Positions 8,601 through 17,345 of a stretch of 35,330 bases of DNA are shown here, piece by piece. Both the position numbers and the translations under genes were made by a program. Under the pieces are notes generated by a model, which worked only from the letters and a program-made list of their open reading frames with translations, was not told the DNA's origin and did not search any database. The stretch is taken from positions 1-35,330 of the forward strand of contig JBQTJY010000090.1 of NCBI GenBank assembly GCA_052386635.1. The letters are read 5' to 3'. Every line of letters starts with the position of its first letter. The stretch's first letter is position 1. Source of the DNA: Nitrososphaerota archaeon (lineage in GTDB: Archaea > Thermoproteota > Nitrososphaeria > Nitrososphaerales > Nitrosopumilaceae).

Positions 8601-9545
8601 TCATGTACTTTTAACATTTTTTTTCAAAAATTTAGCGGGTGAACCAACTATTACAGAATTTTTTGGAAAATTTGATCGAACTAAACTTGATGTACCAACA
8701 AAACAATTATCTCCGATTTCACAACCTGCATCGATAACTGAGTTTGGAGCAATCCAACAGGCCTTTCCTATTTTTGCTCTGCCACATATTATACTACCAG
8801 CAGTAATCTGGGTAGCGTTTTTAATAATAGTATTATGACCAACATGAACTAGATCATCAATTTTGACATGATCTTCAATAACAGTTTGATCTATCTGTGA
8901 TTTTTCAACGGTACAATTTGAACCAATCCAAACATTTTCTCCAATTAAAATAGAACCTAAATGTGGAAAGTGAAAAAACCCCTCTCCTATAAAACTAAAA
9001 CCAAATCCCTCACTACCAATTGTGGTGTTGGATAGTATTACAGAATTAGAACCAATTTCTGTTTTACCATAAATACAGGTGTTACTTAATATCTTAGTTT
9101 TATCACCAATTTTTACATTATTTCCTATGTAACAATTTGAACCAACATACACATCTTTCCCAATTATGGCGTTTTTTTCAACAACGGCAGTTTTGTGGAT
9201 CCCAGCTTTAAACTCATCATCTGTAAAAAATTCCATTATTACACGTTGAAAGTCTAATCTTGGATTTTTTGAAGAAATTATTGGCATGTTAACTTTTTTT
9301 TTAATTTCATCAGTAGCTATAAGAACAATATTTTTGAATTTTTCTAATTTTTTTAGATCATAGTTTATGTTATCCTTTATTCTGAACTGCAAATTTGCAA
9401 AATCAGAGTAAAAAAGTATAGAATTATTTTTCACATTATTAAGTGAACTAAAAGAAGTCACATTGAAATCTTTTCCATCATAACTTCTTTTTAAAAAAGC
9501 AGCTATTTTTTTTACAGAAATTTTATTTTCTCTTTGTTGATACAT
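8601..9545 (-). CDS. LpxD-like left-handed beta-helix (hexapeptide-repeat) N-acyltransferase
   Basis: 314 aa. The N-terminal region (ISVKKIAAFLK...NVTSFSSLNNVKNNSILFYSD) resembles the LpxD UDP-binding domain. A long run of [LIV]-G-x4 hexapeptide repeats follows (IGKDVYVGSNCYIGNNVKIGDKTKI...). Confidence 0.7.
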   Translation of the reverse strand: MYQQRENKISVKKIAAFLKRSYDGKDFNVTSFSSLNNVKNNSILFYSDFANLQFRIKDNINYDLKKLEKFKNIVLIATDEIKKKVNMPIISSKNPRLDFQRVIMEFFTDDEFKAGIHKTAVVEKNAIIGKDVYVGSNCYIGNNVKIGDKTKILSNTCIYGKTEIGSNSVILSNTTIGSEGFGFSFIGEGFFHFPHLGSILIGENVWIGSNCTVEKSQIDQTVIEDHVKIDDLVHVGHNTIIKNATQITAGSIICGRAKIGKACWIAPNSVIDAGCEIGDNCFVGTSSLVRSNFPKNSVIVGSPAKFLKKNVKST

Positions 9546-9773
9546 AATTATCTATTTGAAGCTAGGTTGAGTCGCTTAAATATTTTAATACATAATTGAC
9601 CGCTATTATTTTTTGCAGTTCTACAAATTATGAATCTAATCAAACACCTAAGAATGTTTACAATAGGATTTTAAAAAAATTAGATGTTTGAGGTTACTAG
9701 AATTGCTATAATCAAAAAATAAATTCAAATTTTACAAACACATTCATTTTTGATAGTATCATTTTTGTATAGG

Positions 9774-10877
9774 ATGAATACGATTTATTATCTATTGAAA
9801 GAAAAAAATCTTTTCATCCGTACTGATTCAGGCACTGAAATTGGAGTAGGTCATATGATGCGTTGTTATGCATTAGCAGAAATTCTTAAGAACATGGATT
9901 TTGATGTATATTTTATTTCGAGAAAATTAAAAGGAAATATTTGTGATTTTATAGAAGATAAAGGATTCAAAGTACATTATATTCACACTAACAATCAAAA
10001 TAAAAAACAAAATAAATTTTCAAAATACAGTAATAATAAAACCATAGAAAAAGATATTTTAGAAACAACTAAAATTTTAACCAATTATAATGATAAATCA
10101 TCATTGCTTTTAGTAGATCATTATGATCTTGATATACGATGGGAATCATCTTTACGAAAATTTGTTAAGAAAATCATCATCATTGATGATCTAGCTAATA
10201 GAAAACATGATTGTGATTTATTACTGGATCAGAATCTTTATGAACAAATGAATAAGCGTTATGCAGGATTAGTACAAAAAAATTGTAAAAAATTACTTGG
10301 TCCAAAATATGCACTACTAAGATCTGAATTTTCCGAACTTAGAAGAACTATAACAAAGCGTAAAAAATTACAAAATATTCTAGTTTCCTTTGGTGGTAGT
10401 GATCCAAGAAACGAAACTGCCAAAGTACTTCAGGCACTTAAAATCCTTAATAGAAAAAACTTTACAGTAGACGTAGTTGTAGGAAACGTAAATCCACATA
10501 AAGAAAAAATACAGAATATGTGTTCTTCAATGCTGAATACAACATTTTATGTTAACATAGATAATATTGGTGAGTTGATGTCAAAAGCACATCTAGCGAT
10601 AGGTGCTGGTGGAAGTACAACTTGGGAAAGATGTTGTTTAGGATTACCATCTATAGTTTCTATAATATCTAGCGACCAAGCTGAAATGACTAAATTACTA
10701 GCTAAAAAAAATTGTGTGATAAATTTAGGTAATTTTCAAAATTTGACATCTAATGATTACGTTAAGGCAATCAAAAGAATGAATAATAAAATCATCGCTA
10801 AAATGTCATCTAATTGTATGAAAATTGTCGATGGTCTTGGCTGTTTTCGTGTAGCAGAAATAATAAACTCGCTATAA
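9774..10877 (+). CDS. pseG: UDP-2,4-diacetamido-2,4,6-trideoxy-beta-L-altropyranose hydrolase (PseG, GT-B fold)
   Basis: FIRTDSGTEIGVGHMMRCYALAEIL matches the PseG N-terminal signature (R-D-S-x-x-IG-x-GH-x-x-R). FGGSDP is also present. The track start (TTG at 9750) was replaced by the first ATG at 9774. Confidence 0.7.
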   Translation: MNTIYYLLKEKNLFIRTDSGTEIGVGHMMRCYALAEILKNMDFDVYFISRKLKGNICDFIEDKGFKVHYIHTNNQNKKQNKFSKYSNNKTIEKDILETTKILTNYNDKSSLLLVDHYDLDIRWESSLRKFVKKIIIIDDLANRKHDCDLLLDQNLYEQMNKRYAGLVQKNCKKLLGPKYALLRSEFSELRRTITKRKKLQNILVSFGGSDPRNETAKVLQALKILNRKNFTVDVVVGNVNPHKEKIQNMCSSMLNTTFYVNIDNIGELMSKAHLAIGAGGSTTWERCCLGLPSIVSIISSDQAEMTKLLAKKNCVINLGNFQNLTSNDYVKAIKRMNNKIIAKMSSNCMKIVDGLGCFRVAEIINSL

Positions 10878-10892
10878 ATAGTAGATGTTACG

Positions 10893-11946
10893 TTGAATCC
10901 AATCACGATAAAAAATTTCAAAATTGGTCGTGGATTTGTACCATTTATTGTAGCTGAAGCAGGATTAAATCATAATGGTGAAATTCAAAAAGCATTTGAA
11001 ATGATTAAAGTTGCTAAAGAAGCAGGCGTAAATGCCATAAAATTCCAAACTTTTAAAGCTAGTGAGTTCATTGCAGACACTACTTTAACATACACATACC
11101 TCTCACGAGGTAAAAAAATTACAGAACCTCAGCTTGAACTCTTTAAAAGATGTGAATTCTCTCGTGAAGATTGGTTTAAAATTAAAGAAAAATGTGATAA
11201 AGAAAAAATCATGTTTTTATCTACTCCTGAAAATCGTTCTGACTTGGATTTATTACTTGAAATTGGGATTCCTGCCATTAAAGTTGGATCTGATGAACTC
11301 ATTAACTTACCGCTTCTAAAGGATTATGCTACAACAGGTTTACCAATAATTTTATCATCAGGAATGGCAAATCTGGATGAAATTCATGATGCGTTAAAAA
11401 CAGTAGGTGCATTAGATGGTTATCCTACAATCTTACTTGTAACAACTTCTGAATATCCAACTGCTTTTGAAGACGTGAACTTACGGAAATTTGAAACACT
11501 TTCAAAAACATTTCCAAGTATCCCATTAGGATTTTCAGATCACACTCAAGGTTTTTTAGCATCATCATTGGCCTGTGTTTTTGGCGCATGTTTTTTCGAA
11601 AAGCATTTTACATTATCACGATCTAGAAGGACCAGATCATTGGTTCTCAGAAGATCCTATGGGACTGAAAAATTGGGTTAATTCGATAAAAATTGCATAC
11701 ACTTTGTTAGGATCAAATGAAGTTAAACCAACTGAGAAAGAACTAGAACTGAGAAAGTTAGCTAGAAGAAGCATTATTGCATTATGTGATATAGAAAAAG
11801 GCGAGAAATTTAACAAAAACAATATAGGATTACGAAGGCCTGGTAATGGGTTGTCGCCAAAATTAATTGATCAGATTTATGGATTAAACGCAACAAGAAA
11901 AATACTCAAGGGGACGCTAATCAAATTTAGTGACTTTGAAAACTAA
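10893..11946 (+). pseudogene. pseI: pseudaminic acid / N-acetylneuraminic acid synthase (NeuB/PseI family) broken by a frameshift near 11616..11620
   Basis: The frame of 10893 reads FIVAEAGLNHNGE...KFQTF...GFSDHT...FFEKHFTL and then degenerates to a stop at 11679..11681. The next frame, from 11620, reads DLEGPDHWFSEDP...ARRSIIA...GLRRPGNGLSP. That is the canonical continuation, including the C-terminal SAF-like domain. Confidence 0.75.
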
Positions 11947-11958
11947 TGCATAATATAG

Positions 11959-11977
11959 TTTTTTTACAAATTTTTTT
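11959..11977 (+). terminator. oligo-T tracts (two T7 runs) downstream of the pseG-pseI unit
   Basis: TTTTTTT at 11959..11965 and again at 11971..11977, right after the stop at 11946. Archaeal RNA polymerase terminates at oligo-T. Confidence 0.35.
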
Positions 11978-12041
11978 AAATTATAAATTATATTTTAAAC
12001 TCATGATTAAAAATGAGTCATTCATATATACATAAATAATA

Positions 12042-13190
12042 ATGCAGATTGTCATGCAAAAATCTAGCATAGCACCACAATTTGGCAATCGTGATCAAAC
12101 TTTGACAGTATTGGGTGGTGAAGGTTCAATGATTTTTACTAAAGAATACGGTACTTTGTTTGATGCAGTTGCAGGATATTGGTATAACATACTTGGGATG
12201 AGAAATCCAGAGCTTCTTGAAGTAAAACGAGAGGTAGGTGGCATAGCTACTCACCTATATGACGAATACACAAATCCTTATGCTGAAGAATTGGCACAAT
12301 CAATTTGTAAACGCACATCTATGTCAAAACTTGTGTTTTCTGCAACTGGCAGTATGGCATGTGAAAATGCTCGTAAGGAGGCTGTAAAATATCATCAAGC
12401 AAAGGGTAGACTAGAAGAAGAACTTGTATTCGCCACAATCAAAGGAAGCTATCATGGCTCTGTTGGTGAAATGTTAAAGTGGATAGATCCACAAAGGAAT
12501 CAATATTCAATTGACGAACCAATTTATGAAAAGAAAAATCAAGTTAATGAAATTGTAAATAGCTTTAAGGAAAAAATTGATCTCGCAAAGTCTAATGGTA
12601 AAACAATTGCTGGTTTTTTCTATGAACCAGTTATGGGCGTTAGAGGTGTGGTTCCACTTCCACCAGAATATTTAGAAGGTATTGCAAAAATTTGTAGGCA
12701 ACACGATATACTTTTGATTGCTGATGAAGTTACAACTGGTGTTGGAAGAACAGGCAAATTTATCTATAGTGAATCTTTTGAAGTAAAACCGGATATTTTG
12801 TGTTTGGGAAAATCAATCAGCGCAGGGCATTATCCAGTTGCTGTTACCATATTTAATGAACGTGTAATAGATGCATGGAATGTATTAGAAGAACAGGGTA
12901 TACCATACTATAAAATTCATCGTAGAGGTAACAGTATCACTGGAACGCAGGAGGGGTGTGCAATTGGATTAAAGGTGCTTGAAATTTTGGAACGTGATAA
13001 TTTAATCCAACAGGTTAATGAAAGAGGCAAATACGCTCTAGAAAAGTTAAAAAAAATAGAAAACCGTTCAAGTGTTAGAGAAATACGAGGTAGGGGACTT
13101 CTAATTGGAATAGACGTCACGGATTCTGACCTCTCTAAAAAAACGATAACACCAAAAATGAGAAAACGTGGAATCAATATTTTCCCATAA
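12042..13190 (+). CDS. class III PLP-dependent aminotransferase, prematurely terminated by an in-frame TAA (conserved C-terminus continues to 13283)
   Basis: LLIADEVTTGVGRTGK and CLGKSISAG (PLP Lys) are class III hallmarks. After TAA (13188..13190) the same frame reads GRVITFNPAYIVSEEQIDNFVNNLSEVLPS, the usual C-terminal strand-helix of this family. Confidence 0.8.
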   Translation: MQIVMQKSSIAPQFGNRDQTLTVLGGEGSMIFTKEYGTLFDAVAGYWYNILGMRNPELLEVKREVGGIATHLYDEYTNPYAEELAQSICKRTSMSKLVFSATGSMACENARKEAVKYHQAKGRLEEELVFATIKGSYHGSVGEMLKWIDPQRNQYSIDEPIYEKKNQVNEIVNSFKEKIDLAKSNGKTIAGFFYEPVMGVRGVVPLPPEYLEGIAKICRQHDILLIADEVTTGVGRTGKFIYSESFEVKPDILCLGKSISAGHYPVAVTIFNERVIDAWNVLEEQGIPYYKIHRRGNSITGTQEGCAIGLKVLEILERDNLIQQVNERGKYALEKLKKIENRSSVREIRGRGLLIGIDVTDSDLSKKTITPKMRKRGINIFP

Positions 13191-13343
13191 GGTAGAGTTA
13201 TAACATTTAATCCTGCATATATCGTATCTGAAGAACAAATTGATAACTTTGTAAATAATTTAAGTGAAGTTTTACCATCCTGAGAATGGTAGATGGTTAT
13301 AATTAAAAACAAGATTTTCTAAAATTCAATCAAAATATTGTTT

Positions 13344-13745
13344 TTATTTCCTTTTTCGCTGCTTTTCTTTTAATACAACACACGTACCAGATGCCTTTGC
13401 TACAAGAACTGGGGGGTCAAGTACATCACAAGCACTATCCTCATGATCATGAGTAGATGCAATTACTTTGTATGCTTCAAAGACCATTTTTCTACTAGTA
13501 TTTCCTGCTTCGGTAATTCTTCCTATCGCCTCAATGTAATCACCACTATGAACTGGCGCAAGAAATTCAACTTGATCATAGGCCCGGAATAGACCTTCAT
13601 CTCCATCATAACGAATAGTTAACTCTGTAGCTAAATCTCCAAACAAGTTAAGAATTCGTGCGCCATCAACTAGTTTTCCAGCATAATGTGCATCATGAGA
13701 ACTCATTCTAATTCGTAATTTAGCTTCTGGATACAAATTAGTCAT
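13344..13745 (-). CDS. hotdog-fold protein of the aminoacyl-CoA ammonia-lyase family (beta-alanyl-CoA / 3-aminobutyryl-CoA ammonia-lyase-like)
   Basis: 133 aa. From my recollection, [29 protein letters not shown]...[13 protein letters not shown] closely follows the N-terminal pattern of Acl/Kal-type lyases (S-x-DAHY-x-G-x-LV-x-GAR). The size fits a single hotdog domain. Confidence 0.55.
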   Translation of the reverse strand: MTNLYPEAKLRIRMSSHDAHYAGKLVDGARILNLFGDLATELTIRYDGDEGLFRAYDQVEFLAPVHSGDYIEAIGRITEAGNTSRKMVFEAYKVIASTHDHEDSACDVLDPPVLVAKASGTCVVLKEKQRKRK

Positions 13746-13852
13746 ATCTAAAAAGCCAATTTAGTACAATGAAAGTTTTTTTATTATAATATTTAAAGCG
13801 ATGCTCTGAAATTAAAAGTAATGCCAATCAGTAAATCTCATGATTTCTAGAA

Positions 13853-15433
13853 TTAAATGTCAAACTTAATGCCTTGAGCTAATGGCAGGTCGGATGAAAA
13901 ATTTGTTGTAACTGTAATTCGTCTCATATATGCCTTCCACGCATCTGAACCTGACTCACGTCCACCTCCGGTTTCTTTTTCACCACCAAATGCTCCGCCA
14001 ATTTCAGCACCACTTGGACCAATGTTAACATTTACTAATCCACAATCAGAGCCATTTGGTCCAATAAACTGTTCAGTTTCTATCAAATCTCGTGAAAAAA
14101 TACACGATGATAGACCTTGCGGTACATCGTTTTGTATTTGAATCGCTTCATCAATAGTGTTGTATGGTATAAGATACAATATAGGTGCAAACGTTTCTCT
14201 TTTAGTTATTTCATCCACTTTGTTAAACTCTACTATTGCTGGAGTTACATAAGATCCTGCTCCTTCTCCATCTACTCTGTCGCCTCCAGTAACAATACCT
14301 CCTTTACGTTTGCATTCTTGTAAAACATCTTGCATTTGATTAAATGCATCTTCACTAATTATTGGACCAATTAAAACATCTTTTTCTAATGGATTGCCAA
14401 TTTTAATAGCTTTATAGTATTTCTTTAATTCGGAAGCGAATTTACTATAAATTGAAGTATGAATTATCACTCTTCTTAACGTTGTACATCTTTGACCACA
14501 CGTACCAACAGCAGAAAATATTATTGCTCGCAACACTAATCTCATATCTGCGCTTGGTGTTACAATCATAGCATTATTGCCACCAAGTTCCATTATCAAT
14601 TTACCAAATCGTTCAGTAACATGTTTACCTAATGCCTTACCCATTTGAGTAGACCCAGTTAAACTTACTAGAGCAATATTTTCATCTTTTGCTATCCATT
14701 CAGCTTGTTCTTTATGTCCATAAATAATTTTTAAGATATTTTCTATCGAGTGATGTAATCCTGAACGCTTAACTGCCCGTTGCCAAATTCTATAGCATGC
14801 CATAGCAGTTAAAGGTGTTTTTGGTGAAGGTTTCCATAGTGTAGCATTACCACAAATTGTGGCCAATGTAAAATTCCAACTCCAAACTGATACTGGAAAA
14901 TTAAATGAAGTAACAATACCAACAACACCAAGTGGATGCCAAATTTCTTGTATTCTATGGCCAGAACGTTCAGATGGCATTGTCAAGCCATACAATTGCC
15001 TTGACAAGCCAACAGCGAAATCGCAAATATCTATCATTTCTTGGACTTCGCCTAAACCTTCTTGTAAAATTTTTCCGGTTTCTATAGTGACTAACTTGCC
15101 TAATTCATGTTTAGATTTTCTTAATTCATCACCGAACAAACGAATAAGTTCTCCTCGCTGTGGAGCCGGAATTATTTTCCATGATTCTTGAGCTTTTTTT
15201 AACGCAGTAACTTGTTGAGTATATTCTACACGGTCTGATACTTTTACCTTACCCAACAAAGTTTTATCAATTGGTGACACAACCTTAATTTCTTCATTGC
15301 CTACTTCATCTGATTTAATTCCAAATGAATCGGTCTCTTTGACTGTTTCTGTTCCAATATAGTTAATACAAAAACCTTCTAGGTTTTTCATTTCAAACTT
15401 ATCTAATAATTCTTTAAAATCATTATGCCACAT
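13853..15433 (-). CDS. aldehyde dehydrogenase, ALDH7 family (alpha-aminoadipic semialdehyde / piperideine-6-carboxylate dehydrogenase-like)
   Basis: EVQEMIDICDFAVGLSR, ELGGNNA (catalytic Glu), GQRCTTLRR (catalytic Cys) and the C-terminal GAEIGGAFGGEKETGGGRESGSDAWKAYMRR...LPLAQGIKF closely track the ALDH7/antiquitin family. The GTG-extended track ORF (to 15556) was trimmed to ATG at 15433 (MWHNDF...). Confidence 0.85.
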   Translation of the reverse strand: MWHNDFKELLDKFEMKNLEGFCINYIGTETVKETDSFGIKSDEVGNEEIKVVSPIDKTLLGKVKVSDRVEYTQQVTALKKAQESWKIIPAPQRGELIRLFGDELRKSKHELGKLVTIETGKILQEGLGEVQEMIDICDFAVGLSRQLYGLTMPSERSGHRIQEIWHPLGVVGIVTSFNFPVSVWSWNFTLATICGNATLWKPSPKTPLTAMACYRIWQRAVKRSGLHHSIENILKIIYGHKEQAEWIAKDENIALVSLTGSTQMGKALGKHVTERFGKLIMELGGNNAMIVTPSADMRLVLRAIIFSAVGTCGQRCTTLRRVIIHTSIYSKFASELKKYYKAIKIGNPLEKDVLIGPIISEDAFNQMQDVLQECKRKGGIVTGGDRVDGEGAGSYVTPAIVEFNKVDEITKRETFAPILYLIPYNTIDEAIQIQNDVPQGLSSCIFSRDLIETEQFIGPNGSDCGLVNVNIGPSGAEIGGAFGGEKETGGGRESGSDAWKAYMRRITVTTNFSSDLPLAQGIKFDI

Positions 15434-15666
15434 TTTCTTTTCCTTTTTTTCGAACGTTTTGTCCTCTTCACTCTCTTGTTTTTTAACCCATCGTTTCCTT
15501 AACCCATTTTGGCAGCTACAAAATTTGAAAAATATAAAACCGTTCGCTATTTGCACTATTTGAGCTAGAATTTCATTTTGAAGCCAATATTACTATACCA
15601 TATAAATCAAGAAAATGAAATTCTTCGTAAAATTTAATTTAGTTTAATCATTCTAGTTTTTTCATA

Positions 15667-16554
15667 ATGATTAATTCAATTAAGACAATACTTGAAAAAC
15701 TAGACTATAAACTGAATGCCGAAGATGTCCATTTAGCAGAATTTTTCAACGAAAATGGTTTTTGTATAATCCCAAAATCTGATTTAGTTAGTAAATATGT
15801 TGATGAGTATAGAAGAATTATTGATTCATTGCTAGAAAAAGAATCGTGGAGAGGTGGTTGGGAAGGAAAAGAAGAATATATGAAATACCAAAAAATTTTT
15901 CAACCAGGTGCAAATAGATTAGGAAATTTATTCAACAAACATGAATTATTTCTCAAACTGTTAACTGAAAAAAATATTCTTAAAATATCTTATGCGATCC
16001 TTGGTGATGATGTAAAAATTGGTGCTCTAGATATGCGAGAACCTAAAAAAGGAACCGGACTACAAGATCTTCATATAGACTGGATACCAAAAAAAAGCGA
16101 AGACGAAAAAACCCAAAACATTGTAGCTTTTATTTTTCTAGATGACACCAATAAAAATAATGGGCCCATGCGTATTGTTCCAAAAACTCACAAGAAAACT
16201 GGTTGGATTGAAGAACATCTAAAGGATAAATCTTCACATCCAGATGAAATATTTGTTGAAATTAAAGAATCAGGAATTATTCTAATGGATGCAAATCTCT
16301 GGCATAGTGGCACCGCTAACATCAATGGGAATAGAAGACGTGTTTTGTTTATGGATATCAGACGGAGGGATATACCACAATTATTGAATCAAAGAATCTA
16401 TTTAGACGAAATTACACAAAAAAAACTTACTGACATAGAAAAATTTTTGTTAGGTCTTGGAAATAATGATATGGTCTTTGAAGATAGAGTCTTCACTGCA
16501 GGAAATGTATATAGAAAACAATTCAAAACTACTGATTTTGTTAAAATGTACTAA
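15667..16554 (+). CDS. phytanoyl-CoA dioxygenase (PhyH) family Fe(II)/2-oxoglutarate-dependent dioxygenase
   Basis: 295 aa. Has LHIDW (HxD facial triad), a distal NLWHSG His and an RRR Arg cluster for 2OG binding. Confidence 0.75.
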   Translation: MINSIKTILEKLDYKLNAEDVHLAEFFNENGFCIIPKSDLVSKYVDEYRRIIDSLLEKESWRGGWEGKEEYMKYQKIFQPGANRLGNLFNKHELFLKLLTEKNILKISYAILGDDVKIGALDMREPKKGTGLQDLHIDWIPKKSEDEKTQNIVAFIFLDDTNKNNGPMRIVPKTHKKTGWIEEHLKDKSSHPDEIFVEIKESGIILMDANLWHSGTANINGNRRRVLFMDIRRRDIPQLLNQRIYLDEITQKKLTDIEKFLLGLGNNDMVFEDRVFTAGNVYRKQFKTTDFVKMY

Positions 16555-16560
16555 AAAATA

Positions 16561-17229
16561 CTATGGTTTCTTGATCGCCAATCCTACACCACAAACAAAA
16601 TAATATTTTCTACACACAAATTCCTTAAAAATAAAATTATTTTCACGTTTGAATTCATTCCAAGCTTTGTTGACCCCTGGATATTCAAGACTGTGAATGT
16701 CGTGTGCAACCAATATACCATAATCTGATAACATTTTACAATAATTATTGAGATCTTTTTTTGCATCTTCATACTCGTGGCTAGCATCTACAAAAATAAT
16801 ATCAAACGGTTGAAATTTTTTTATAATTTGTAGAATTTCTTTTTTATCTGAATTCCCACAAATTAAGATTAAATTTTTTCTTCTTAGATTTGCCAGTAGA
16901 TCTGTAGAGCTCATATCTGCAGTAAAATTGTCTACTGCAACTATTTGTTCAAAATTAAAAAATTTATTCAATATCGTATTCAATTTGCCAGAACTAAACC
17001 CAATTTCTAAAAAATTACGAATTTTCTTTTTAATCTTTTTTTCATAATTTTTTAAAAAAAATATCAAATCAGACAGTTCTTCAGGATTATGCATTATGTG
17101 AGATCTGGTTCCATCAAACAATCTATATCCACCAAATTCAGCATTTGTCTGATGTCTAAAAAATTCTGTTAAACTTTCTTTTTCTTTTTTTGTTTTCAGA
17201 TCTCTGAATACATATTTGTCTATTTTCAT
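16561..17229 (-). CDS. class I SAM-dependent methyltransferase (O-methyltransferase / CmcI-TylF-like)
   Basis: Has FLEIGFSSGK motif I and IFVDASHEYEDAKKDL plus GILVAHD, typical of the O-methyltransferase-3/CmcI group. The TTG start at 17268 in the track was replaced by ATG at 17229 (MKIDKY...). Confidence 0.65.
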   Translation of the reverse strand: MKIDKYVFRDLKTKKEKESLTEFFRHQTNAEFGGYRLFDGTRSHIMHNPEELSDLIFFLKNYEKKIKKKIRNFLEIGFSSGKLNTILNKFFNFEQIVAVDNFTADMSSTDLLANLRRKNLILICGNSDKKEILQIIKKFQPFDIIFVDASHEYEDAKKDLNNYCKMLSDYGILVAHDIHSLEYPGVNKAWNEFKRENNFIFKEFVCRKYYFVCGVGLAIKKP

Positions 17230-17345
17230 TTGAAACACATGCTTTAATATGGTACCATTTAAAAACAATTACACAGATAGAAAAAATACAACTTTAACAA
17301 AATGAAGAAATAATAAAAGCATGTTTTAACCATCATTAAAATTCT

